IMG/VR virus record: IMGVR_UViG_3300027780_000015
Coordinates: 1-58,642 of that record
DNA length: 58,642 nucleotides
Reading direction: 5' to 3' (one strand)
DNA from: a virus
Lineage: Duplodnaviria > Caudoviricetes
Part shown: piece after piece, positions 19,376 through 29,023 of the stretch
How positions within the stretch are numbered: the stretch's first letter is position 1
How the letters are laid out: the number at the start of each line of letters is the position of its first letter
Made by a program: the position numbers and the translations under genes
The notes under the pieces: model-generated
What the model saw: the letters and a program-made list of their open reading frames with translations, nothing else
Database searches by the model: none
Told to the model about the DNA's origin: nothing

Positions 19376-20047
19376 TTATGATTTATTTGCCATGTAACTT
19401 CCAGCCGCAGAAGCAACACCGCTTATTGCTCCAGTTAACGCAGCTGTTTGATCTCTTCCAGCTTGAGCTTTTATACCTTGTTGATTATCTATTTGAGCTT
19501 GTAGTCTATTAAGTTGACCCATTTCTCTTTTTTCATTTTCACCATAAACAAATGATTTACCAGCAGCGTCTAGGCTTTGCATTCTTTGTTCTTCACTTAT
19601 TTTTTGCTGTTGTAGTCTTTGTTCTCCTGCGGCTCTTTGATTTTCATTAGATTTTTCTTGTTGCTCTATTCCAGCAGCAACACCTTTTTTAGATTGTAAT
19701 GCGGCTTGTGCTAAAGCAGTCGCGCCACCAGCGCCACCACCTGTAGCTCTAATAGTATCTAGTGTATTAGCTAAACTTATATCTGATTGTTCTATTTGCA
19801 TTTCAGCAGCTTGAGTAGCTACGGATAAATTAGCCATAGGATTACTCATCATAGAGCTTAGGTTAGTAGAGTCTTCGTAAGGATTTATTATATCTTGTCT
19901 GTTAGCTTCTAGATCTGCCATTTTAGCATTCATTTTCTTTAGCTTTTTAGCAGCTCTTCTTTTTGCTCTTCTAGCTTTACCACCTCCTATGATACCACCG
20001 ATTATGCTTGATCCGGCGCTCACGGCTCCAGCGATTACAAAACTCAT
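19376..20047 (-). CDS. Gly/Ala-rich DNA-pilot/ejection-type internal virion protein
   Basis: AGAVSAGSSIIGGIIGGGKARRAKRRA N-terminus, coiled coil and Gly/Ala C-terminus, typical of podovirus small ejection proteins. Confidence 0.65.
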   Translation of the reverse strand: MSFVIAGAVSAGSSIIGGIIGGGKARRAKRRAAKKLKKMNAKMADLEANRQDIINPYEDSTNLSSMMSNPMANLSVATQAAEMQIEQSDISLANTLDTIRATGGGAGGATALAQAALQSKKGVAAGIEQQEKSNENQRAAGEQRLQQQKISEEQRMQSLDAAGKSFVYGENEKREMGQLNRLQAQIDNQQGIKAQAGRDQTAALTGAISGVASAAGSYMANKS

Positions 20048-20493
20048 ATGTTTTTATATTTAATGTTATATTCTTCTATTGTCATTGAGACTATTTCTTT
20101 TTCTAGTTCAGGTATATCTTGAGTATTTGTAGGATTCTTATGAACATTTACAAATATAGAATCTTCAAGAGCTAGTATAATTCTTTGTGAACCTGGTTTA
20201 GATACAGTATAACATGGTGCTGTATGTTCTATTTTTTCACCATTATTGTTTATAATAACCTTACCTGTTAGTAAAAACCAAACATGTAAATGATTATGAA
20301 CAGCACCTACTATTACATGATCTTTTTTTAAATTCATTTGTCTTACATATAATTGATCTGCAAAACTATGTTTTATTGGTATGTCTGGTATTGTTGCTAT
20401 GCTTTTTCCATCTCCATAAAATCCATTTTTTTCATTACCATTAAGCATAACATTTTTTAAAGCTTCAATGCTTTCAATGTTTTTTAATTCCAT
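20044..20493 (-). CDS. cupin-fold protein
   Basis: HSFADQLYVRQM...GAVHNHLHVWFLLTGKV...SKPGSQR...VH, cupin HxHxH pattern. Confidence 0.65.
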   Translation of the reverse strand: MELKNIESIEALKNVMLNGNEKNGFYGDGKSIATIPDIPIKHSFADQLYVRQMNLKKDHVIVGAVHNHLHVWFLLTGKVIINNNGEKIEHTAPCYTVSKPGSQRIILALEDSIFVNVHKNPTNTQDIPELEKEIVSMTIEEYNIKYKNI

Positions 20494-20503
20494 TTGATTT
20501 GAT

Positions 20504-22009
20504 TTAATAACCGCTGTTTACAGAGTAAACTGTTCCAACGTTAAATAATTCTTTTTCTGCACCAACGTTACTTACGTTATCGGTAGATAAAGTAACTGTA
20601 GTATAATAACCTTTTATACCACTCATTGATTGACCAAAAACAATTTCGCCCATAGCCGCAGGACTATTGTTAATAATGTTAGCAACGTACTTATTTTCTT
20701 TTCTATTAAAACCAGCGTATTGTATTGGTGGAGTTAATACTGCAGGATATTCATTACCTAGCGAATCATACTGACCTTGTTGAAAGCTGTATATAGAAGG
20801 TGGTATAGCGGCTGGAGGTACTACAATTGGTAGTGAAGAATCATAATCTGAATTAACAGATCTATCTTCTGTTTCCTGATATAGAACTCCACCTAAAAGA
20901 TCTTCACCTGTAGAATCTGATATCATGCTAGTAACTTCCCATCCACTACTTCCTTCGTAAGATATAGTTTTAAATGTTTTAGAAAAATTAGGCTGAGGAT
21001 TAAATACAAAAGTTATTGAACTAGGCGTAGATACTCCATAGAAATTACCTCTTAATGCTCCTACCTCTGTAGAATAATGTTGCCATAGTTGTCCATCTTT
21101 AAGACTATATAACTTATCTCTTAAGCTAAACATTTGATCAGGTTTAAAACTATAGAAAGTTGTCCACCCAGCTCCTCCACCAATTGATTGGCCATATGCT
21201 AGTGTAGCAAAAGCATCATTAGGAAATTGTATTGGATCTCTATATAAAGAAGTTACATACTGTTTATTATGTATATCCCAACCACCTTGAATAAAACCAG
21301 ATGATTGTGGCGTATTAATAAAGTTTATTTGATCTCTAAAATAATCAGTCATACCTTCTCCAGATATTTCTTTAACACTTCCGCCTGATAGTTTTAGCAT
21401 TACGTTGTTACTTTCGTCTGCAAAGTATTTGTCATATCCATAAACAGCAAAGCTTTCAGGGTTTTTGCTTATTCCGTATTGACCAGGGAAAGGTTGAATA
21501 ACACCAATTGTTAAATTAGAAGAAGTTACTGTTGCGTTTCCTTCAGCAGAATATATAGCGCTCTTGTTAACTAAAGCTCTACTTATTTTTTGTTCTTGAA
21601 GTATAATTAAATTAGTATCTTCAGCATATAGCTTTTGTATTGATCCATTTGCAGGATCAGCACTTTTAGTTATGTTCTGTCCAACTGAAAAAACATTAGT
21701 ATCATTTATTCCAGTTCTAGAATTAAATATACCAGAGTATATTAAAGTGTTAGATCTTCTTGAGGCGTTTGGTTCGTCTTCTACTAAGTAAGCTTTTACG
21801 CCAAAGTCTACAGATGTATTGTTATAGCCACCTCTTATTCTTGATTCTTCTATTACCCAGTTAAAATCATTTGTTGTATTTGTATGAACATTAAAACCGC
21901 CAATAGTTTGGGGTATACCAAAAGATCCATTCCAGACCGGTCTTACTGTTGTGCTAGTTTTTCTTAACAAAAAACTGTTAAAGTATTTAACTTCTACTAT
22001 TACACCCAT
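20504..22009 (-). CDS. tail tubular/stabilization (nozzle-like) protein, C-terminal-type half
   Basis: GSIQKL, YGISKNPESF, GWTTFYSFKP, FKTISYEG, RKENKY motifs; located in the tail module. Confidence 0.7.
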   Translation of the reverse strand: MGVIVEVKYFNSFLLRKTSTTVRPVWNGSFGIPQTIGGFNVHTNTTNDFNWVIEESRIRGGYNNTSVDFGVKAYLVEDEPNASRRSNTLIYSGIFNSRTGINDTNVFSVGQNITKSADPANGSIQKLYAEDTNLIILQEQKISRALVNKSAIYSAEGNATVTSSNLTIGVIQPFPGQYGISKNPESFAVYGYDKYFADESNNVMLKLSGGSVKEISGEGMTDYFRDQINFINTPQSSGFIQGGWDIHNKQYVTSLYRDPIQFPNDAFATLAYGQSIGGGAGWTTFYSFKPDQMFSLRDKLYSLKDGQLWQHYSTEVGALRGNFYGVSTPSSITFVFNPQPNFSKTFKTISYEGSSGWEVTSMISDSTGEDLLGGVLYQETEDRSVNSDYDSSLPIVVPPAAIPPSIYSFQQGQYDSLGNEYPAVLTPPIQYAGFNRKENKYVANIINNSPAAMGEIVFGQSMSGIKGYYTTVTLSTDNVSNVGAEKELFNVGTVYSVNSGY

Positions 22010-22019
22010 ATTCTATTAA

Positions 22020-22036
22020 TATTATTACTTGTTTTT
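22020..22036 (-). promoter_or_regulatory. putative late promoter motif AAAACAAGTAATAATA
   Basis: Intergenic; matches motifs at 28108-28124 and 45937-45953. Confidence 0.5.
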
Positions 22037-22048
22037 TCACTTATTTAA

Positions 22049-25000
22049 CTATGGACTTACTCCACCACCACAACTACTAACCACAGCGTTGAACACTCCT
22101 GTTCTATCAGCGGTAGGAATTGCATTTGTAGGTAATAATAACTCCCAAGTTATAGCAGACCCTAACGCTTGTCTACAAAATACTACTCCATCCGCGTCAA
22201 GTGTTACAGTCTCTGCGCCACCCGAACAATTTGTCCAATCTGCTTTAAACTGATATTGATTACCTTGTGCGTTAGCTTGGCCAGGTACTGTTGGATCGTA
22301 GTCTGGTGTTGGGTTTGCTGCTGATGATTGTAAAAATTGACACACCGTTACGTTAATTACAACATTAAAAATACAAGCTGCGGTTAAATTACCAGCATCA
22401 GAAACACTTGCTCTTAAACCATAAGTTCTATTTGGAGGATCTCCACCAAAGCCGTTTACTGTTATAACTGCTTTCAAAGCATTGTTACCAGCCGTTGGAT
22501 AATTATTGACTACAGAAGTAGAGATGTTAAAATAGTTATTACCCGCTGCTTCTGTTAGTGTCCATGTTAAGTCTGTTGCTTTCTTTAAACCGTAAGCACT
22601 TCCGTTTACTGCATATAATTCAGCAATAGTTGAAAAAGCTGTACCATTACCACCTGTAGGCGTAACGCTAGCTACGCAACCTGTTATTACAGGAACAAGA
22701 TTTTCCAGTTCAACGTCTTCATAAAACTCTTGAATAATACTATTTACAACGCTTCTAAATAAAAATCTAAATGATCTAGCCTCTGTTGGAAAACCATAAT
22801 AATAATAAGGGTTTGACGCGTTACCTTTTACACCAACGCTATATACACCCACAACACCTATTGTGTTATTGTCGTTTAAAACAAACTCGTCTGATCTGTC
22901 TTGTAAGTTAAGATCAAAAACGCTTACTAAAGTTAAAATACCTTGACCAGTTCCTGTTCCGTAAGGATAATCAACACTTGCTTGATTTTGTAAAGTAAAA
23001 TTACCAATACCTAACAAAGGATTAACGTTTATTGCGGTTATAGTTATTGTTCCTCCAGATGCTCCAGGTTGAACAATAGTAAGAACATCACCAACTTGAT
23101 ATAGTCCATTTCCTTGATTTGTAATAGTATAAGTTGCTATAGGACCTGTTGCGCCTCCGCCAGTTATAGTGTCAATAGTTCCAGTTAATCCTGAGGCTCC
23201 GGCTGTGCCTCCAGTTACAGTAAAAGAGTTAGGGTCATATAAGGTTCCAGCGGTTGTAAGAGAACTTTCTGGTGGTGCAGAAAAACCTGGCACTATAGCT
23301 TCTGTAAAATTAGTGTCGTTAAATCCATCTATTGATGCTGATGCAGCACTGTCGTCTATTATAGCCTGATTTAAATCTGTTATTAAACCACTACTTGATG
23401 TTTCCCAGAATATATCTAATTCAGATAATACTGGATCTGTTTCAAAGACTGCTAAGTTTTGTAAGTTTCTTATTGGAGATCCTTTATGGAAATTTAAAGT
23501 TGTGCCAGCTACTAGTGTTTGTTTTTTGTTAACTTCAATTTCACTATTAGTGACAACGTCTGTGACGATAGTACCTGGTACAATTGTTCCTCCAGTAACT
23601 GTGTCGCCTGGGTTAATAGCACCTGTACCGGCGATTACATTAATCGTAATACTATCTGGAGTCGCTTGAGCTAGTGTTGTTCTAGTGATATTAGTATTTG
23701 TAACTCCAAATTGTTTTGTTGTAGATATTCTAGCTATAAACGGATTTGAATCTATACTATAAAAAGCTTGACTTGGTATAAAATTAACCAATGTGTTTTC
23801 ACCGTTAAACAAATCATCGTCACTAGCTATGGTACTTACTACATCTCCAGCTTTAGTTGGGTAAAATTGTTTATTTGTGAATCTTGAGTTTTGTGAAGTA
23901 GGGCTTGAATCTTGATTTTCTACTCTACCGTTTAAATCAACACTACTTCTAAATTGTTTTTGTGTTGGACCAACTTCAACTAAATCTCTAGGAACTTTAT
24001 TTATGTTGTCGTTTATTAAAACCGTGTGAGAAGTTTTACCTAATTCTAATTCTTTATCGTCTGGATAAGCAGCTAAAACACCAGGAAGATATACATTGTA
24101 GTATTCTTGCTCTTGTTGTTTTACTACTATTTTATAAGAATACCAACCTAATGGATTATAGTTTGTGTCAGTAGTATCATCATTATATATACCAGGCCAA
24201 CCAGTACTAGTGTTAGGAGAGTCTGGACCTATTGGTTGATTAAACAAAACTCTTAATGCATTACCTGGAAACGTAACTTTGTCTACAGTTTCATCTAAAT
24301 AAGCTGTAAAAGTTGTAGAACCTCCAAAATTATTTCCACCACTTTGAACCGTGCTATCTTGGCTTGATAATATTACAGTTGATTGTCTTCCAAATCTATC
24401 AGATAATACTACACCAACTTGATATGTTCTATTTTGTTTTAAAGTGCTGCTTGGATATTCTAACTTACTAACCTTGCTTTCTATACTACCAGGAGGAGTA
24501 GCTGCATCTGCTGTGTTATCTTCTTTCTCAGCCACATTAACACTGTAATCTATAGTTGCAGGTGGAGTATGTTTAGTTTGAAAGTTACCGTATATTACTC
24601 TATTAGCTGATATTTCTTGTGAAAAAGCTCTAACAGGAACCTTGTCAAACACTCTTGTTATCTCATCAGAAGGTAAAGTTTTAAAAGGTTTTTTAGAGTT
24701 ATACTCGTAAGTAAGTATATCAGTAGACTTTGCTACAGGGTCGCCGAATGGTGCGTTTATTGTATCTATAACTTTAACAGCTAAAGCATCTGATTCTTTG
24801 TATAAAATATCTATAGAAGTTACTTTAAATTTACTTACTAAATTTTCTTGCTCTGTTGGTAAAGGTATATTAAGTAATATTTTAGTTACCTTGTTTTCCA
24901 TGAAATCAACTATAGTACTTCTATAGGTGTCTTCTTCGTCTGTTATATTAGTAGTAGCTGAAGTCCAATCTTTATTATATCTAAAGTATCCGTCTTGTTC

Positions 25001-26056
25001 TGGTATAAAAGCTGGCTGTGTAAATGGAGCAAATATAGAATACTCATTATCATCAAATTGAAATCTATAACTAAACCTTACAAATTTATCTTTTAAAAAT
25101 TCTGAATCTCCACTAAAATCATCTTCATAATAAGGGTTAGCATTAAAAACAAACAAAAGCGTACCAGCTACAACATATGCAGTTATATCAGCGTCAGTGG
25201 TAAAAGATGGTACTGCTATAGTAGGAGCAGTAACTACCACTTTTCCTGTATCAATTAAAACACCATTTGTGTCTAGGTAATATACTTTATCTCCAGTTGT
25301 TACATTTCCTTGTGCTGTATTAGCGTTTATTAATATTGGAGCACTTAAACCTGTAGCGGTAGCTAACGGATTGGTGCTAGTACTTGTTGCAGAGCCTCCA
25401 TCAGGATATGCTTTACTAGATACATCAAACATAGTTGTTTGATAATCATCAACAGCAGGAAGTAACAATGGATTTGCGGTTGTTTCTTTGCTTGTTATTT
25501 TTTGGAAAAACTCTATAGGTTGATATGGATTATATTTTGCAACAGATATTTGATCTTCTGTTGTATAATAATTAAGGCCTAGAGCACTAACAACATTTAT
25601 TTTTCTTGGTTGATTTCTATTGTCAGTCCAAAATAGTAGATTTTCTAATATATTAACCCCGTATATAGGGTTTAATTGCGAAAAGTTTAAGAAAGCACCT
25701 TGCACTAAAATAACAGCTGAAGTTGGTCCTTGAAGCGCGTTGTAGGATATTATATAATTCGCATCAACAGCGGTATTAAAAATAGCTAATTCGTTGCTTG
25801 TTAAAAACACGTACACTGTGTTGTTTATTTCATCAGTTAAATAACCAATAGATTTTAAATTAGTAGCACCAGTTAAAGTATTGAAATCTGTAACCAATGA
25901 ATTGCCTAATACATTTTCTAAAGCACCAACGTTAGCACCTTCTGATTTACTTATTGAAGCATTGATCGCGTTTCTATACTCTCCATTTTGCAACAACCTA
26001 GCATCTAGGTCTTTATTCATTTTGCCTTTAAGGAAATTATTGCTAATTTGTGCCAT
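22049..26056 (-). CDS. large tail stabilization/nozzle protein
   Basis: GKMNKDLDARLLQNGEYRNAIN...GALENVLGN start, LFWTDNRNQPRKINV, RFSYRF, NRVIYGN, YQVGVVLSDRFGRQS, as in Bacteroidota podophage tail proteins. Confidence 0.75.
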   Translation of the reverse strand: MAQISNNFLKGKMNKDLDARLLQNGEYRNAINASISKSEGANVGALENVLGNSLVTDFNTLTGATNLKSIGYLTDEINNTVYVFLTSNELAIFNTAVDANYIISYNALQGPTSAVILVQGAFLNFSQLNPIYGVNILENLLFWTDNRNQPRKINVVSALGLNYYTTEDQISVAKYNPYQPIEFFQKITSKETTANPLLLPAVDDYQTTMFDVSSKAYPDGGSATSTSTNPLATATGLSAPILINANTAQGNVTTGDKVYYLDTNGVLIDTGKVVVTAPTIAVPSFTTDADITAYVVAGTLLFVFNANPYYEDDFSGDSEFLKDKFVRFSYRFQFDDNEYSIFAPFTQPAFIPEQDGYFRYNKDWTSATTNITDEEDTYRSTIVDFMENKVTKILLNIPLPTEQENLVSKFKVTSIDILYKESDALAVKVIDTINAPFGDPVAKSTDILTYEYNSKKPFKTLPSDEITRVFDKVPVRAFSQEISANRVIYGNFQTKHTPPATIDYSVNVAEKEDNTADAATPPGSIESKVSKLEYPSSTLKQNRTYQVGVVLSDRFGRQSTVILSSQDSTVQSGGNNFGGSTTFTAYLDETVDKVTFPGNALRVLFNQPIGPDSPNTSTGWPGIYNDDTTDTNYNPLGWYSYKIVVKQQEQEYYNVYLPGVLAAYPDDKELELGKTSHTVLINDNINKVPRDLVEVGPTQKQFRSSVDLNGRVENQDSSPTSQNSRFTNKQFYPTKAGDVVSTIASDDDLFNGENTLVNFIPSQAFYSIDSNPFIARISTTKQFGVTNTNITRTTLAQATPDSITINVIAGTGAINPGDTVTGGTIVPGTIVTDVVTNSEIEVNKKQTLVAGTTLNFHKGSPIRNLQNLAVFETDPVLSELDIFWETSSSGLITDLNQAIIDDSAASASIDGFNDTNFTEAIVPGFSAPPESSLTTAGTLYDPNSFTVTGGTAGASGLTGTIDTITGGGATGPIATYTITNQGNGLYQVGDVLTIVQPGASGGTITITAINVNPLLGIGNFTLQNQASVDYPYGTGTGQGILTLVSVFDLNLQDRSDEFVLNDNNTIGVVGVYSVGVKGNASNPYYYYGFPTEARSFRFLFRSVVNSIIQEFYEDVELENLVPVITGCVASVTPTGGNGTAFSTIAELYAVNGSAYGLKKATDLTWTLTEAAGNNYFNISTSVVNNYPTAGNNALKAVITVNGFGGDPPNRTYGLRASVSDAGNLTAACIFNVVINVTVCQFLQSSAANPTPDYDPTVPGQANAQGNQYQFKADWTNCSGGAETVTLDADGVVFCRQALGSAITWELLLPTNAIPTADRTGVFNAVVSSCGGGVSP

Positions 26057-26064
26057 CTATTTTT

Positions 26065-27291
26065 TTATTTTATCCATTTAGATTTACCTCTCATTACTTG
26101 AGTTATTTCATCAAGCTTAATGTTAGATAGTCTTATTTTAGCATTTCTAAGTTTCGCGCTACGATCTCTTTTAAAACGTTGAACAACGCTCTCTGAGGTT
26201 CCAGCTCTTGTAGATAGTATAGAATACAGTAAGTGAGAATACATTGCATCCTCGGCCATCTTAGGTACTCTACTGTCTAAGTCGTAAGCAAGTCCATCAG
26301 ATATATATTCTAACACAATTAATCTATCTAATAAATTACTAGAAAAAGCTACTTTACCTTCTCTTTCATTCATATTAAACCAACCGTTTATTTGTGTAGT
26401 TGCAGGATTTAAACCATATCTTCTACCATAAGCACCCATGCCATAACCATAACCATCTTGCATAAAATCAAAAAACGCGTTTAAATTATCAGTATTAAAT
26501 ACGCCTGTAATTTGTCTGTCGTTAGTTGTTTTCCATCTTTCTTCTGTTATAGAAGTTCCTTCTAAGTTATCTCCAAAATTATCCTGAGTTGGTTGACCAG
26601 CATTATCTTGCAAAGGCATTTCATAAGGACTTATTGTAAGGTTATTAGCTGGATATATTATACGTTTAACACCAAGATTATCTATAGAAGATATTCTTAC
26701 GTAGTTAACGTAGTCTTGTGGTAGTATAACAGCTAAACTTGGTGGTATAGTTAGTTCTTGAGACTTAATACTTTTTAAAGTATCATAACTAAATTCTTGC
26801 ATACCGCGCTTTACATGAAATACAACGTCAGATTTTTTACATGTTTGTATTAATTTACCGTCACCTACGTAACCAACCATAAAGTTATCCACAATATCAT
26901 TAATGCTTATATAAGAATAACCACCGTAGTTCTCTTCTACTGTTTCACCTGTAGCATCTCTAGCTCCAAATGATCCACCGTCTAAGGCTTTCATTTGAAC
27001 TATAACATAAGTTCCAAGAGGTATAGCTGCTGTAAAAATTATAGAATTATTAACAGCTGTGAAAGCTAATATATATTCTACATAAGTTACGCCATCAGCG
27101 CTAGTATAAAGTTTAAAATTATTTAAAGCATAGTTTAATTGTGTTGGATCAGAACTACCTAGTATTAAATCTGTATTAAAAGTTGTTGCAAAAGATTGAC
27201 CTGCTAACGCGGTTAGTGCTCTAAAGCCTTGTGCGCCTGCGTAATATTGTTCGTTAGTTTCGGTTATTAAACCTCCGTTTGGAATTGGCAT
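26065..27291 (-). CDS. tail ring/adaptor (tubular) protein
   Basis: ILPQDYVNYVRIS, VLEYISDG, AKLRNAKIRLSN; located after the capsid genes. Confidence 0.65.
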   Translation of the reverse strand: MPIPNGGLITETNEQYYAGAQGFRALTALAGQSFATTFNTDLILGSSDPTQLNYALNNFKLYTSADGVTYVEYILAFTAVNNSIIFTAAIPLGTYVIVQMKALDGGSFGARDATGETVEENYGGYSYISINDIVDNFMVGYVGDGKLIQTCKKSDVVFHVKRGMQEFSYDTLKSIKSQELTIPPSLAVILPQDYVNYVRISSIDNLGVKRIIYPANNLTISPYEMPLQDNAGQPTQDNFGDNLEGTSITEERWKTTNDRQITGVFNTDNLNAFFDFMQDGYGYGMGAYGRRYGLNPATTQINGWFNMNEREGKVAFSSNLLDRLIVLEYISDGLAYDLDSRVPKMAEDAMYSHLLYSILSTRAGTSESVVQRFKRDRSAKLRNAKIRLSNIKLDEITQVMRGKSKWIK

Positions 27292-27297
27292 ATTTTA

Positions 27298-28059
27298 TTA
27301 GCTTTTTTCATTAGTTTCTACTTGCTGTGCTTCAGCTTGAGCTTGTTGCACTATATTTGGATCGCTTATTATTATACCACAGTACTTAAGTATATTTATT
27401 ATAAGGTTTGTTTGTTCTGATACGTCTAATTCAAAATCAGTAGACGTTGTTGCGTTAAAAGTATATTGGCCAAGTGTACCAACATCAAAACCCCATACAG
27501 GATTAGTAGGCCTAAACAAACAATTAATGCTTACAGAGTTAGGAACAGGTGATATGTTTACCACTAACCTAGCCGGTGAAGGTGGAGTTGTTACTACTAC
27601 AGCATGTGTATTGTGTGCAATTGGATATTGATTTGTTGGAGATGTTAGTTTGGATCTTGTGATTGTAGAAAAATCACTTTTACTCGTTAGTTGAGTTATT
27701 GAATTACGGGTTGGGTTACCTGTGTATGTAGAAATTATTTCACCTAGCTTGTAGACTGTACGGGTGCCAGCGTAATAAAACGACTGTGATGGTACGTCTA
27801 AAGTAAATGCAGTTTCTTGTTCAAAAGGATAAAGTTTATAAGCATTGCCTTTAAACATGTTAAAAAACTCTGTATCGTTTTGTTGATTGTTTTGATTGAA
27901 TCTGTTAAGTTGATTACCATCTGGAAAATATGAAGCAAAGATTTCTTCTTGTACTTGAACAGCTAGACTGTTAAACTCTATTGGAGTAACATATCCTCTT
28001 TGTTCTTTGTTTAATATGAACAAGACTGTTGTGTATACTGTGTTTATATTTACCGCCAT
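27298..28059 (-). CDS. head-tail ring/adaptor protein
   Basis: NKEQRGYVTPIEFN...P.WG...DFEL...ILKYCG; crAss-like ring-protein position and pattern. Confidence 0.65.
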   Translation of the reverse strand: MAVNINTVYTTVLFILNKEQRGYVTPIEFNSLAVQVQEEIFASYFPDGNQLNRFNQNNQQNDTEFFNMFKGNAYKLYPFEQETAFTLDVPSQSFYYAGTRTVYKLGEIISTYTGNPTRNSITQLTSKSDFSTITRSKLTSPTNQYPIAHNTHAVVVTTPPSPARLVVNISPVPNSVSINCLFRPTNPVWGFDVGTLGQYTFNATTSTDFELDVSEQTNLIINILKYCGIIISDPNIVQQAQAEAQQVETNEKS

Positions 28060-28082
28060 TATTATTTGTTTTAAATACTATA

Positions 28083-28103
28083 AAGGCGACGTTAAGCCGC
28101 CTT
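28083..28103 (-). terminator. hairpin between 28123 ORF and ring gene
   Basis: Minus strand AAGGCGGC-ttaac-GTCGCCTT followed by T-rich sequence. Confidence 0.45.
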
Positions 28104-28107
28104 ATAA

Positions 28108-28124
28108 TAGTATCACTTGTTTTT
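28108..28124 (-). promoter_or_regulatory. putative late promoter motif AAAAACAAGTGATACTA
   Basis: Intergenic, upstream of the ring gene. Confidence 0.5.
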
Positions 28125-28938
28125 ATAGTTTTTTATCTATAGATTTATAGATATCTACACCTTCATCAGTCTTTAAGAAAGCTGCAAACGCTGAGTAAGG
28201 GTTTTCATCAAACGGAACGTTCATTAACTTTCTGTTATTTGATCCCCAATGAATTGTTCTTTGATCAGGAGACATTGTTATAATTCCAGCTTCAGCAGCC
28301 ACAATTGCAAAATTCCTAAGTTGAACATTTTCATCGTTAGCTAAGTTAATAAATAATGCAGGGTTTCTTTTAGCAAACAATAGTAAGTCTCTTCTAAGTT
28401 CTTTAGAACTCATTTGGTTCACTTTTGATCCTAATTCAACTCTTAATATAGCTTCAGCATGATCAACATCTAGTTCTCTTGCTGCATTTAAAGCATCAAT
28501 CTGTAAGTCTAAATCTTGAAGTTCATCTTCCGCTACAGCTATTGCACTAAATTCATGATATAGCTTTCCTTTTAAAGGATGATATATAGATAATAATTTT
28601 TGTAGATTCTGTTGTGTTTTAGATACTTTTAACGTTCCATCTTTAAATACAATATGTCCCATCGTGCATTCACCTTTTTGTTCATCTACAAGAGGTGAGT
28701 CTTGATTCGTTGCATATCTTATTTCTCTTTGGTTACCAGTTTTTTCATCAAAATACAATAAAGCGTGTTTTCTTGTATGTCTACCTGGAATTGTTAAAGT
28801 TAAAGGAGATTTATCTCCATCTAAAAAATAGACTCTATCTTTCATTTCCCAACTTGGTTTAGTTGGTTTTGGTGCTACTTTTGTAGCTACCGGTTGAGGT
28901 GCAACCTCAATAGTTTCTGCTTTAGCTTGTTTAGCCAT
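28123..28938 (-). CDS. hypothetical (probably structural) protein downstream of major capsid gene
   Basis: 271-aa ORF with an AT-rich leader in the head module. Confidence 0.6.
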   Translation of the reverse strand: MAKQAKAETIEVAPQPVATKVAPKPTKPSWEMKDRVYFLDGDKSPLTLTIPGRHTRKHALLYFDEKTGNQREIRYATNQDSPLVDEQKGECTMGHIVFKDGTLKVSKTQQNLQKLLSIYHPLKGKLYHEFSAIAVAEDELQDLDLQIDALNAARELDVDHAEAILRVELGSKVNQMSSKELRRDLLLFAKRNPALFINLANDENVQLRNFAIVAAEAGIITMSPDQRTIHWGSNNRKLMNVPFDENPYSAFAAFLKTDEGVDIYKSIDKKL

Positions 28939-28973
28939 AATATAATAAAATTAAATAGTTATAAAAGTAATAG

Positions 28974-29000
28974 TTACCCCCGTTGATATAACGAGGGTAA
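28974..29000 (-). terminator. intrinsic terminator after major capsid gene
   Basis: Minus strand TTACCCTCGTT-atatc-AACGGGGGTAA then T-rich tail. Confidence 0.7.
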
Positions 29001-29023
29001 AAATTACATTAATTTTGAATCAA

